Shown one piece after another: positions 24,545 through 37,700 of a stretch of DNA of 64,000 bases. The position numbers and the translations under genes are program-made. This stretch comes from Octopus sinensis (lineage: Eukaryota). The stretch lies in the NCBI RefSeq assembly GCF_006345805.1, contig NC_043000.1, positions 69,874,001 through 69,938,000 of the forward strand. The letters are read 5' to 3'. The notes below the pieces were generated by a model that did no database searches, was not told the DNA's origin, and was given only the letters and a program-made list of their open reading frames with translations. The stretch's first letter is position 1, and each line of letters begins with the position of its first letter.

Positions 24545-26829
24545 CACCAAACAAGCAGGAGGAACCAAAAGTGATAAAAATTATCAATCTAACTCACAAG
24601 GAACTAACAGCAAACCAAATATACATACTTTCCAAAGGACTCAAGTTTACACCCACCCCACAACACCCCAACTACAATGAAATGAAAGAAGACATCGCAG
24701 AATTCTGCAGAAAATTACGACTTACTGAGGAGCTATACGACAAATACAACGAGGACGAATCGTTGGTCAGAAATAGGAGTAACTACACCCCCTCTAAAGG
24801 TAAGAACAAAACACTTGATTTCTGTGACTACATATCAAATTACCCATATCAACATATGCACAAACAAAAACACAAACCAAACTTCAGCATAAAAGAATGG
24901 GCTGAGTTGAACAAATTAAAACAAGATAAAACAATAACAATCAAAGAGGCCGATAAAGGGAGTGCTGTTGTCTTAATGGATACGACAGTTTACATAACTT
25001 TGGTACTATCTATGCTGGAAGACACAACATACTATGAAAAGGCACAAAACTACAGTCAACAAAAAATAATGAGGGAACTAAAATAGATGTTAAACCCATA
25101 CAAAGAAGGGCTCACCGACAAAGAATATGATTATATGACCAATTTCACAAGTAAAACCAGCCAATTCTACGGTATACCTAAGATACACAAAAGTGAGAAA
25201 ATAGGTAACGCATGCAAGATAGCTACAGACAAAATAATTAAAGTCCCTAATCCTAATGACCTCAAAATGAGACCCATAATAGCAGGTCCTGCATGCGAAA
25301 CCCACCGCCTCAGTAACTTTTTAGACACCCTGTTAAAACCACTCCTCAAACATGTCAAAAGCTATATAAGGGACGACTTGGATATGCTCAATCACCTACC
25401 GAATACTATAAACAAAAACACCATACTGGTATCCTTCGATGTAGTCAACCTCTACTCCAATATCCCCCACAACCTAAGACTAGAGGCAATCCAATTCTGG
25501 CTAGAGAATCACGCCAACGAACTCCCACATCGCATCAAAAAAGAATTCGTGATAGAAGGGGTTAAATTCATCCTGGAAAATGACTTCTTCGCCTTCAAAG
25601 ACAACTTCTACCGACAAAAATCGAGGACTGCGATGGGTACACGAATGGCCCCCTCCTTTGCCAACCTAGTCATAGGATATCTAGAGATCAGTCTGTATCG
25701 TAAGGTTCTAGAAAGATATGACAGCCCTTTCTCCATCTACATAGAAAACAACTGGAAGAGATATCTAGATGACTGTTTCATTCTTTGGCATGAAAATATT
25801 GAGAAACTCAAAGAATTCCAAGAAATTTTAAACGGACTGGACGTAAACATCCAATTCACGATGGAATATAGCCAGCAACAACTCCCCTTCCTCGATATCC
25901 TCATTAAGAAAGCTAATAATGTAATAGAAACAGACATATATTATAAGCCTACATATTCTAAGCAATATCTTCCATTCAATTCATGCCACCCCAGACACAC
26001 CAGGATGAATATCCCCTTCAATCTAGCTAAAAGGATATGCACTATAGTTTCTAATGCAAACACCAGAGACACACGACTACAAGAACTAAAAGATACCCTT
26101 ATCACCAGGAACTACCCACCTTCACTTATTGACATGTGCACTCAACGTGCCCTTCAACTTAACATCAAGGAACTGAGACATCCCAAATCAAAGAAAAACT
26201 TACGACCAAAAGCCTTACCATACATCACACACAACCCTCTCAATAATGAAGCCTTCGGCACCATCCTCCACAGAATACCCCTCCTAAAAAAAGACCACAG
26301 AATGAACACAATCCTCCAAACACACACGATCATAAAAAGCAAGAGACAGCCTAAATCTATGAAAAGTCTCCTAACACAAGCCCGAATACACTCTTCAACA
26401 CAGAAGCCGACAGTAAAAATATGTGGAAGACCCAATTGCGGGATATGTGATTATCTAATTGAGGGATCAGAGTTCTCCTTCAAACAAGGACAACGGTTTA
26501 CAGTGAAAAGCAACTTCACATGTGCTTCGGAGAACCTGATATACATACTAACCTGCTCTGGGTGTCAAGAGCAGTACGTAGACCAAACGAAAAATAGTTT
26601 GCGTAAAAGAATGGCCCTGCACAGATCCCAGATAAAAATTCCCCAAAACAGAAAAATAGCTTTCAGCCAACACATAGATACTTGCGCCAACAACAAAACA
26701 CCAGGCTTCAGGATTTTCCCCCTCTACCAATTTAGGGACGATACAACCTCGAGACAACGAATAAGTAAAGAAACTCTCTTTATTACAAAATACAGGCCAC
26801 TTCTTAACGGGTCTACGACAAACGATTAA
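24508..26829 (+). pseudogene. PLE reverse transcriptase plus GIY-YIG endonuclease (774 codons, one premature TAG at 25084-25086)
   Basis: NLTHKEL...LSKGLKFTPTP, IKEADKGSAVV, FYGIPKIHK, RPIIAG, LVSFDVVNLYSNIPH, TAMGTRMAPSFANL, WKRYLDDCF, LPFLD, YLPFNSCHP, CGRPNCGIC, NLIYILTC...YVDQT...RKRMALH. Confidence 0.92.
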
Positions 26830-27537
26830 TACACCTCAGCATTAGAATAACAGAAATACACACGCATATATTACATTCCAAAGAATCCATTACAAATCAG
26901 CCCCAATCACAGCTATAATCCATAACGTGCCAACTTCAAGTCATACAACACCTCACTACTTCCACTCATTCATATTCTCCCTTCTCTTTGTTCTTCTTCT
27001 TCCTCTTCTTCTTCATCATCATCATTATCATCATCATCGTCGTCATCATCATCACCATCATCATCATCTTCTTCTCCTTCCCCTTCCCCTTCTTCTTCTT
27101 CTTCTTCTTCATCATCATCATCATCATCACCATCATCATCAACATCGTCATCTTCTTCTTCTTCTTCTTCTCCTTCTTCTTCTACTCCACCTTCTATCTC
27201 TTAACTTTATCACTAATGCTTTTTAATATAACACCTACGCAAAATCCATAAACAAACCTTTCAATAGAAATATTCTCCTGAATTGAACTGCAACTGCTAA
27301 CCGTCACTGACCATTCAAAATACGACAATCAAGGCACTTCCAAATTTTTCCACCCCTTCTCCTCATCATCCCTCTTCTCCTTCTACCCTACCAAGAATTC
27401 ACAACGACCTCGAACACACAAGTGCAAACAAGGGAGACAGAGAAAGGCAGAATGTCACTTATATTTGAACACTATACAAATATTCCTTTAAAAAAACTTT
27501 TCTTTTAATTTTTCTAAATTTAATTATTTAATTGTTA

Positions 27538-27575
27538 CAGTTGAAAAGGTCTCAAAATGACCGAAACCGGTACTG
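27538..27575 (+). ncRNA. Minimal type I hammerhead, U3/A8 variant (pLTR2)
   Basis: Identical to 23152-23189. Confidence 0.75.
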
Positions 27576-27623
27576 AAATGTTCTTTATAAAATTATTTTA
27601 GCATTTTCTATTTTGACTTGTTT

Positions 27624-27694
<71 letters not shown>

Positions 27695-28161
27695 TATTGT
27701 AAGATTTTGGATAATTTTCGGTTTTTAAAGATTGGCATTTTTTTTATTGCCGGGGAAGGGCTGCGGCTGCGCAGTAGATTTTGAAAAATTTAGGATGTAT
27801 AAACAAAGATTGATCGCCTCGTGTTTATAGATTTAACCCAAGGTGTTCCGGCTGAGGGCGATTTCACCTAGCGAGTATAATTTTACTTGCTAAACTAAAA
27901 TCAGAAACCAATTGGTCCAGGAAACTAGATGGTAAAATGTTTTTATTTTTTCATTTCGTTCCTTTCGAATTTTATTCCTAATTTTGTGGTTATGGAACCT
28001 AGCTGTTCTTTCTAGCGTGTTGAATCCCACAAGTGGATACCTCATGTGTCTAAATGTACACTGTATTTTATGACTAATACATAGTCTTTGGACTAAATTT
28101 TTACACGTTAGGCCACTGGAAATGGAAATTTTAATTAATTTCCATTTCTATTTGATATGAT

Positions 28162-28210
<49 letters not shown>

Positions 28211-28237
28211 GTATGTATATATGTGCATATATATGTG

Positions 28238-28306
<69 letters not shown>

Positions 28307-28340
28307 ATATATGGCTATATATATATATATATATATATAG

Positions 28341-28371
<31 letters not shown>

Positions 28372-28669
28372 ATGTATGTATATATATGTATACATATATG
28401 TGAAATAACTGAAACAAGTAAAACAATAAAAACCATGCCATTTTAATCCTGAGCTACTTTAGTCATTAAAAAATAAGTACAAGTATAAAGTTTCACCCAA
28501 GTAGGGGGGAGGCAAATAATTTAAACGTTTATGTTTTATACGTTAACTCTGTATGTGGGTTTAAAACCATGACTTCGAATCTCGGTCTGCAGGATACTAT
28601 AGTATATATTGCTGAAGATTATTCGAGTAGTAGTAGTAGTAGTAGCATTCGCGCTATATATTATTTACT

Positions 28670-28990
28670 ACGAGAGCTGCGAAATGGCTGAGTCGTTAGA
28701 GTGTCTACCAAAATTTGATACAGATCAGTGTTCTGAGTTCAAATCGTGCGAGGTCAAATTTGCTTTTCGTATCTTTAGGAAGGGCGCTGGATTAATAGAT
28801 TCAGTTTAGCTGAATGTGCGCTTTTTATTTACGGCGCCCTTTAATAGTCTGCATCAACTTTGCCTTTCATCCTCCTGCGGTCGGTAAAATGAGTATCAAT
28901 CAAGAGATGAAGGACATATAATTGACAAAGCCCCTCTCTCTCCTTCCCGCAAAATTCTTGTCGTGTGGTGTGTAAAATATCAATATTAGC
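28670..28990 (+). mobile_element. Degenerate SINE (family of 17377-17592) with an internal insertion
   Basis: GGCTGAGTCGTTAGAG...GTTCTGAGTTCAAATCGTGCGAGGTCAAATTTGC and TTTGCCTTTCATCCTCCTGCGGTCGGTAAAATGAGTA. Confidence 0.45.
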
Positions 28991-29197
28991 TACAACATTT
29001 GATATATTTATTTTGGAAGGGTCTTCAGTATAAATCCGGAAAAAAGTTTCATCTTCATAATTAGTTATATTTAAAAATAAAAAGAAAAAAGTCCCTTTCC
29101 GATTCATATAGACTTATAGGCCCGGTTTTTTTAATTATATTACCTGAATTCTGGATTCTCTGGACGGGACGCCGGAATACTCACTTTTGACAGCTAC

Positions 29198-29320
29198 GTG
29201 ATTGGAGCAATATAAAATGTTTTGTTTAAGAGCACAACGCACCACCCGGTCCAGGAATCAAAACCATAAGCTTACGATGAGGAGTACAACATCCCTAACC
29301 ACTAAGAGACACGCCTCCAC
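29198..29320 (-). mobile_element. tRNA-derived SINE head (family of 63586-63877)
   Basis: Minus strand has TAGTGGTTAGGG (A-box-like) and GGTTTTGATTCC (B-box-like). Confidence 0.55.
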
Positions 29321-30594
29321 TTATTTTTAACAATAATCAAACATAAAAGAACCTATTACATCTGAAAGTGGACAAATTCATTTTCCGCTAATTAAATTCA
29401 ATGAATTTGTCTTTGACACACCCATTGTAAGCAGGATTTCTTTTTAACGTCTGTTAACAGAAATTGGATTTGAATTGTGGTATTATTTTGACATAGCGTT
29501 ACTTTCCAAAACTTATTACATGAAATTCCTAGTGTGTCTTATTTTCTTACGGCATCTGCAAATGTTGTTTATATGTTTGTAAATGTAATTTATATAAATG
29601 ATATTCCCCACGAATTCTCATGATATGCCACAGATGTAAATTATTAACACTTTTGCACAGTCGTAGATCATCTCGTATTGCAGTCCGTGAAATAGTTTTA
29701 TATTCCATCTTGATTCATTATCAACTACATGTAATTGTTCTTGACTCTGAAAAAATATCTTACAATATATCATGCGAAAAGAAGCGGATACACAAAATAT
29801 ATCAGAAATAGTCTAATTTATAAAACAGCATTCTACTTTTGAGAATGCGAAATATTTTAGTGAATTTTTATTTGATTCCTGAATATACAATAATTTATAT
29901 CAAATATATAATGAATCTAGTAAGGTATTTAACATAACAATACACTTAATTAAGGTTTCACTTATTAAATTAATTTATTAATAAACGAGACCTTGTTTTA
30001 GTTAGACATTAGCTGAAAGCGTGCCATATATTAAAAAATAAAGAATAAACTGTTATATTGTTTAAATACCTTTCTTACCTTCGACGTGTTTCGCAGTGGC
30101 CTAGCACATTGCATTTCATCTTCCTTTTCTCTTCCATTACATGGTGACAATTGATTCCGGTTCTCTTTGACAAAAACCCGCAATTCAGATACATATGGCA
30201 AATTCTTTTAACCGATATCTCGGTGGCCTGATTGTACCTGGCATTCTTAGCCCTCTAGTTGCACTGATTTTGGTCCGTCGTCGTGGATTGACTTGCAAAC
30301 TGCTGAAGTCCATTTCTTTGCATTATAGTTTTCAAACGACGCCACATCACCAGTTAGTGAGCAGGCCATGCATGGTTATCTCTTCAGTCTAAACAGCTTT
30401 CAGCCTCTAAACTTCGTGCACGCTTCAGTAAAACAGTCTCTCAGTAGGGTCATTAGTTCGGTATCTTTGCAGCTTGACTGATCCTGTCGAGGCATACGCT
30501 CTGCTACCATTGCTACCAAACGTCAATTGTCACTATCGCATCACTATGAGACAGTGAAGTCGGTTTTCGCAATGGATTGCTAACTTGCTAGCTG

Positions 30595-30658
<64 letters not shown>

Positions 30659-30775
30659 CATACATACATACATAATACATACATACATACATACATACAT
30701 ACATACATACATACATACATACATACATACATACATACATACATACATACATACAGAGATAGAGAGAGAGAGAGT
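30595..30775. repeat. Compound (GATA)n(CATA)n(GA)n microsatellite
   Basis: Direct reading. Confidence 0.95.
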
Positions 30776-31630
30776 TATAGATATATGAATGTACACGATA
30801 GAATTCCATGCTTTTATCAACTCGGGACTATAGTAGAAGATATTCGCACGAGATGCTACACAATAGGACTGGACTTTCAACCACATTGTTACAAGCGAGA
30901 TTTTTTTAAGTATACAAACAGTCTTGTACACATATTGCTGACTTTTTTTTTTATTTTAGCATTCACACCTCAGTACATTCGAAACTTAATCGAATATACT
31001 TACCTTGTATTAGTTTAATTCTAATAAAAATGACTATTGGCTACTCTTCAATAACGCTGATTCTACATTGTAAACTTCGCTAAAAAAATCCTTCTTTAGT
31101 ACCTTAATCTTATTGCCTCGGTATAATATTTATATTTGTTTTATATAATACATATTATCAGTAGATTTGGTTAATATATTAGCTTCTAGTATCGTTAGAA
31201 CTCATTGAAACTTAATGTTTACATAATTCCACTTATGTAAACATGAATCAAAATTCGTTGCCAGCTTTCAATATATTTCTTAAATTATATTTCTGGCTGT
31301 ATGGCTAAGAAATTTTATTTGCAATTATGTGATCTCGGCCTCGTGTATCTGTATGTGTGTGTGTGTGTATGTGTGTGTGTGTGTGTGAGTGTGTGTGTGT
31401 GTGTGAGCGTGTGTGTAAGTATATGTGTGTGTGTACAGTGTATGAGTATGTGTGTATACATATAAGGAGCAGACATACAGATAGACATATTTATTAAAGA
31501 ACACTCAACGTATGATAATGTTCTCAATAAATTATACCCTATATTTCAAATATATTTGGTCCACTTTTTTAATTGTGTGTCTTTCATCATACAATGAGGT
31601 ATATTTGATAGTATATATATATGTCGTTGA

Positions 31631-31663
<33 letters not shown>

Positions 31664-31950
31664 CATACATACACACATACATACATACATACATACATAC
31701 ATACATACATACATACATACATACATACATACATACATGCACACTTGCTAGCAACGTAAAAAAAGAGCTTACAAGCATGAAACCCTATATTAGTTTCTTT
31801 TATTATTGTAACTATCGCAGTATTCTTTGTTCTAACATAACATTCACTTTTAAGTGGGGAGAAATATCACCTTTTGGTAATAATACTACTTCTGACAATA
31901 ATAACTATTTTTCAATAAGTCTGCTGGTTATTCGTGACATCAGTGCCTAC

Positions 31951-32097
31951 CTGGACACTATGATTCTATGTATATCGCTCGCTGAGATATTGCTGCTATC
32001 TCCACCGTCCGGGCATCTATCGGAGTCAAGGCTAAAGGCTGATATCACGGGACCTGGTAGTCTCGGTGATGGTAATGCTGGGTGATTTATTTCCCCG
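31951..32097 (-). other. Candidate isolated internal exon (147 nt)
   Basis: Minus strand reads TTTTTTTATATCACAAG|C...TCCAG|GTAGGC. The length is divisible by 3 and one frame is open (GEINHPALPSPRLPGPVISAFSLDSDRCPDGGDSSNISASDIHRIIVS). It is GC-richer than its flanks. No protein family was recognised. Confidence 0.25.
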
Positions 32098-34082
32098 CTT
32101 GTGATATAAAAAAAGATGCTTATATGCACCGAAAGTCAATATGAGAATTTGTCTTATAGTAGCTATCGCAGTATTTTGTGTTCTGTATACATATATACAT
32201 ACACACACACATACATTTATACATATGTATGTATTTGCACATGCATATTTGTGTGTATGTGTATAAATGTGTATAATCCGTTTGCAGCTTACATACCTTA
32301 TTAGTGACTCACGAGGTAATGATCAATAGAAAAAATAAGTTGTAGGATGAAATAAATACTCGGATCGAAAGTATCGACTAATTCCCTTGAAGACGCTACT
32401 CCATCAATGCAAAGGGTGTAAGCAGTCTAAGAATATTATAGTGGAAATATTGGTTTTCTTGAAATATTTTTGCATGTACGTTTATAGGAAAGATTTCGTG
32501 TAAAATGTAACGTAACATTTAAAACTCGTGCTTTATTCCCAATATTAGTGATCCATATGGAACTTTTATGGTTTGCTGAACCTTCGTTATTTTCCGTTAT
32601 GGTTCACCAACATTTATGCTTCATTTAACTAATTCCATTTGCATTTTACTTCGAGAGAAAAGCGCAGCATTCAATCAATAAGCAGACACCTAGAACTGTT
32701 TGAGAAAGTATTTGTTTTTCTACATCATCTAACGTTACTTCTCAGAGATATGTAAGATTCGATTTAGCTCAAATCAACATTTCTCTATGTTCTGTAGGAA
32801 AACAAACTTATTTTAATTTTTATACTAGGGATAAAACGAAATGTAAGGTTTACACTAATCGTGGTGTCTTAAACTGATATGCATTACTCAATGCCTTCTT
32901 TAAATTTCACTTATTATTCATAGAAATGTAAAACAATTCGTCAACATCATTGACATATCCTTTATATACATCCATAATTTGATTTGTTACATGAGGAAAA
33001 TGCACTTGTGAACTATAATGACTGGTAATGAAACTGCGATGTCATCTTATTTTTTACTTAATATCATCCATTAATCTCTTATCTAAACGTACGAATTAAC
33101 ACAGTATGTGACTTTGTGACTTCCTGTTTCCTAAGGTATTATTAGTGAGAGGCCATCTCTAATTACAAATATAACTACATCGCGCCATGAGCTACCTTTA
33201 TTGAGGAGTCCCAAATATATTCTATGCATTACTGCAATCAATAGATCTGGCTGCCTAATTTCTGGTGATAGGAATTAAGCAGTCATGCCTTTTCTATGTA
33301 TTAGTAGTTATTATAGTGAAACATTTACAACTAACTATCGGCTTAGGTCTCAGACGTACTTTTCAATAATTTACAATCAAATTAACGATCAATAATCCCA
33401 TTATACATATCAGCAACGATGCTTATCTGAGATAAGAGTGTCAAAACTATCTTACTATCCACTTTCATTTCACATTATGGCGAATCCCGTAATCCAATAA
33501 CGAATAAACTGTTAAGTATGTAAGCTAAATTTCGCAAGAGTATTCACTTTTATATTAAATTCTTCTATTGCATTTTTTCCTTACCAGCAGACCTAGAGAC
33601 AATATTATTCTGAAAAAGGTCGCTCATGCTCAGTCATACAAATCATTTTCCGTTCTGGCCTTGCAGGTAGTTTTCTTCAGACATAAGTGCTATAATATAT
33701 TCATCAAGCTGATAGTTAATTCAATTAAGTAATCGGATTTCCCGTGGTTCTTACAATAACAGTCCATATTTCTCTACATACCACTGTAGCTGCGGGCGGC
33801 AATATATCACTGCTTTACTTTCACTTTCAAATTCCTGTTTATCCTCAGAGATCTGATATGATACAAGTAAATCCGAGCTGATACGATAAATATCTAACTT
33901 TTATTCGTTGCTATCAGCTGTGATGAAATTCAAATGTCATCAATAGAGGAGACGACATTTAGATGTATATATTGTTTATGTACATAAACGAATGATAGGT
34001 TCTGCGGTGGGAGATTTAATATCTTAGATTGAAAATGCCCATGATTAAACGAAGAGCATAAAATATAACACTATATTTAGAA

Positions 34083-34440
34083 CTAGCAATGCATTCCGGT
34101 CATTGCCCGGGTGTTATGACCTACAAGCACATTGTATTATTTGCTCCTTTCTTATGGACAGATATATAGTTATTGTTTGTTTAATAGTGAAGTGCGAGGG
34201 TGCAATTTGCAAGGGTTTGCATGAAAGTGTTTTCTGTTCTTAAGAAAGATCAGAACCTACGTATTATTTCATCGTATAATAGGGGCTTAATACGATTTTG
34301 TTCAGAAATCTCGTTTTCAAAATTTTAATTACCCCGTATCCTTACCGCAATTTCTTAATTTGTAACTTTTTTTTGGTTATCTACGTAGAAAAATACAGAG
34401 ATTACGAATTTGGAAATATATATATAAACGCAGAAGCAGG
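34083..34440 (-). mobile_element. Helitron-like 3' terminus and adjacent body (extent uncertain)
   Basis: Minus strand CCCGGGCAATGACCGGAATGCATTGCTAG|T: a CCGG...CCGG hairpin followed by CTAG. Confidence 0.45.
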
Positions 34441-34462
34441 TACACACACACACACACACACA

Positions 34463-34502
<40 letters not shown>

Positions 34503-34563
34503 ATAGAATTGATAATATTGAAAACAGCAAAACGTACACACACGAAGTTCAAGCGAAACGAAA

Positions 34564-34733
34564 TGTAGTCAATATAGGTGCAAAACATACTTTCTGTTGC
34601 ATAGTTATACTATAAAAAATGGAAAGTCACTAATTTAGCAAAAGTTACTAAGTGTAGTTAATATAGGTGCAAAACATATTTTGTGTGGCATAGTTATGCT
34701 ATAAAAAATGGAAAGTCACTAATTTAGCAAAAG
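34564..34733. repeat. Tandem duplication with an 89-bp period
   Basis: TGTAGT.AATATAGGTGCAAAACATA...GGAAAGTCACTAATTTAGCAAAAG at 34564 and 34653. Confidence 0.9.
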
Positions 34734-37700
34734 GTAGTATGCGTCACCATTGTTAGAAGGTACAGAAAGTCAACATTTATTTGGAATACGCATTAAATTT
34801 TATAGAATTCACGATTGAATGAATCCCAGGTGAAGAAAGTGAAAGTCCAAGAAAATTCAGAAGGCATAATTCAATTTTTCATAGAAAAATAATTTATTTT
34901 ACAATTTTGAAACGAACGCTAAACCAAGTGTATAAAAAAGAAGATGCTGTTGCTGTGAACGCTAATTTAAAATATTTGCTGAAGGATCTATGTTGCAAGA
35001 TATAAATTAATTTGACAATACTATATATTTTTTTAACTGTGTAACGTTATAGGCTGTAGTATAAATTCTGCCTAACACAGTAAAATGGTTGTGCGACGTT
35101 AATACTCAGTGGTGAAGAAGCATAGGAGAAGAACAGGACCATTAAAAAAACATATCTTGAAACAGTTTAGAAGGAGTGGAATAACATTTCTGTAATTATA
35201 CTGAAAGATCTGCTGAGGTTTTCTACTTCGCCTAGATTCCGAATTTGTTATGATAATTAGAATAACATTTTTTTCAGATATATTTGCGAGTATTATGAGT
35301 GGTGTTAAATCAGCCAAACCTTCACGTTGGTAGTACTTGAAAGTGAACGTTGTTTGTTTAAAGTGCAGGCCTCAAGTGAACTTTCGATATCGGTGCGTTT
35401 CACTGTTGTAGTGTGGAGTTATCTATATAAACTAAGACACACACACACATTAACGCACACCTGAAACTTGTGTGTGTCTGTCTCTGTCTTTAGATGTTTG
35501 TGTGTGTGTGTGTGTGTGTGTCAATCGTCACAAAAATGTATGTATACTGACAGACACATACACCGTCACATACATATACTTGTCAGTCATCGGCCTAATG
35601 TAGGTAATGAACGCACGAACACACTCATATAGAATATGTGACGACATCGTCGTGGTGGTGGTGATATGAAATGTCGTTTACGATAGGTGGGTAAAAGAAA
35701 AATGATAATGTTAAATTTTTGTAATGCAAATATGTGAATGAAAATATAGTTTAGTTGATAGCCAAAAGCTTATTAAATATTTTGATACCCCATACGTCAA
35801 AATCGGCAACTCGGTTTTGGAATGCATAAGGAACATACGCACACACACACATACTCAGACACACATACGCACACGCACACACGCACACACACGCACACAC
35901 ACGCACACACATACACACACACACATACAAACTCTCTTTTATATATATAGATCTCTTTTATTGATATAGATAAGTATAGTGATATATTTTTATGCACTTC
36001 GGTACCAACTATAGCGTAAAGTATATATGAATAGATATTTCTATGTATTCATAAGCTTAACAGGATTTTAGGGAATAAAAGTTGTGTAAAGAAAAGTATT
36101 CAAATATAATATTCCTATTTCTGCCGTGGGTTTCTTTTGGCTGTTCATGCAAATCGTATACATACGATTTCACGTAATACTCGAAAAACATCTTGCTGTA
36201 TTTTTAATTAAAGACATTAACGTCTAGGATTAAGTCTCAGTGAAACTAAATCGAATAAAGTATCAGGTAAATATTGGAGACGATTTTGCTGATGGTAACT
36301 TAATAAAGTGACGTTGACTTTATTTTCTTGCAGGCGTTTATAACTACTCATTTTAAATATAAAAATTAACTTTAAAAAATATTTCAAATGCTTGATGATA
36401 TCTCTTATGACATGTCTGTTTGTTTTTATGAATTTTGTATCCTTTACTCTCTATCGCCTTCTTTCTACAATTGGATTCCACAAAAAACAGAGTTTCCGTG
36501 ATTTCACTGCACCTTTTAAAAAGGAAAACAAATCTATGTGGTCTCCTAAACAGGAGATCCACTCATGTCAGAACCACCCATTCTGAAAATTCCTCTTGTT
36601 TTTACCTAAGATACAGCAATTGTCTTTTCATCTCCAAAACCACATCCTAACTAGGTCTCAAATCTATGGTCAACATGACATACAACTTCGAACCGTACAT
36701 GAATTAATATTACAACTGTGTATGAAGTCAACGTTTGAATTTATATACGATAACACACTGCACATACACAAGATAGAACTCTCTTGGGATAATCTCAACT
36801 CCGAAAATAATATCTGTCTCAGCTTTTATGATTCTGCTCTTCCTTTTCTCATTCTTACTCCACGTGACCTTCTCCATACTTAGAATGATAGGCTGTCTGA
36901 TGTGAAATCTAATATTTTAAATGCGAAAGTGGTGTTTTTAATTGTATATCTCTTTTGTTTATATGTATGTGTGTATTTGTATGAGTGTATTTGTATATGT
37001 GGTGTATGTGTGTGCATATGTATTTTGGGTATTTAGATACGTGTAGATGCATATACTTCTAAGTAATTCTGTTCACGTATGTATATTGGAATAAACGTAT
37101 ATTTCTACTTACAAATCAATTCGATTGTTTATATGCATTTATGTGATGTGTGTTCATTTGTGCTTGCACGTATATGCTCGTCTGGGTGTGTGTACGCTCA
37201 TATTTGTATGTAGTCTTATTTACTACTGAAGGCAATACCATAAATTGTTTTTCTTTTCTATTCATTCAAAATTAGTATTCTATACAACATAATTGAAAGA
37301 ATTGTATGAGATTCAGTGTGGGATCATATGGTTAACTATATCAGTGAATAGTTATTCATAAGCTGCTATTGCCCTTTAGTTGCCGGCTTACTTTATTTAC
37401 CATTTCCCCACCTCACTCCCTTTTAATGTAACCCTTCACTTCCTTTCACTTTACCTCGTTTGAGGCTATGATATTTGCTATGTTCCCTCTCCAATTCTTG
37501 GTTTCCTCATTATATCTTTACCTCGCCACACTTGGAATCCCTCCTCTAATTCCACCTCTCTTTTGAATATCTCTCTCATCCCTTTATGCACATTAACATC
37601 ATTCTTTCAAACATCACCTTTTCCCTCATATACAGGCATCACAACTAAGTGACGACCACATTTTCTGCTCTTCTTACAGTCAGTCGTAGATCACGGCAAA

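Larger units (their letters stand above)
21988..27635 (+). mobile_element. Near-complete Penelope-like element (RT then GIY-YIG, Cys-rich linker, Neptune-like) with tandem direct pLTRs
   Basis: Direct repeats 21988-23249 and 26378-27635 differ by only scattered substitutions plus microsatellite length. They bracket ORF1 and the RT/EN ORF. Each pLTR has an HHR, and the 3' end runs into (TA)n. Confidence 0.93.

Noticed and set aside
25084-25086. In-frame stop in the PLE RT ORF as programmed readthrough or selenocysteine
   Set aside because: It is TAG, not TGA, and ORF1 also has a lone TAA. Ordinary post-insertion nonsense mutations are the simpler explanation.
28111-28148. HHR-like vestige GGCCA-CTGGAAA-TGGAAATT...AATTTCCA-TTTC
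   Set aside because: A 12-bp hairpin is present, but the core is non-canonical and GAAA, stem III and the UH triplet are missing.
30075-30125. Minus-strand GATGA...TGC-GAAA-CACG-TC-GAAGG, a partial hammerhead
   Set aside because: There is no CU before GAUGA and no stem I partner. At best a truncated remnant.
36370-37700. Very degraded RTE-like words on the minus strand (RKKAIESKGYKIHKNK)
   Set aside because: Only one weak motif, which is insufficient without alignment.
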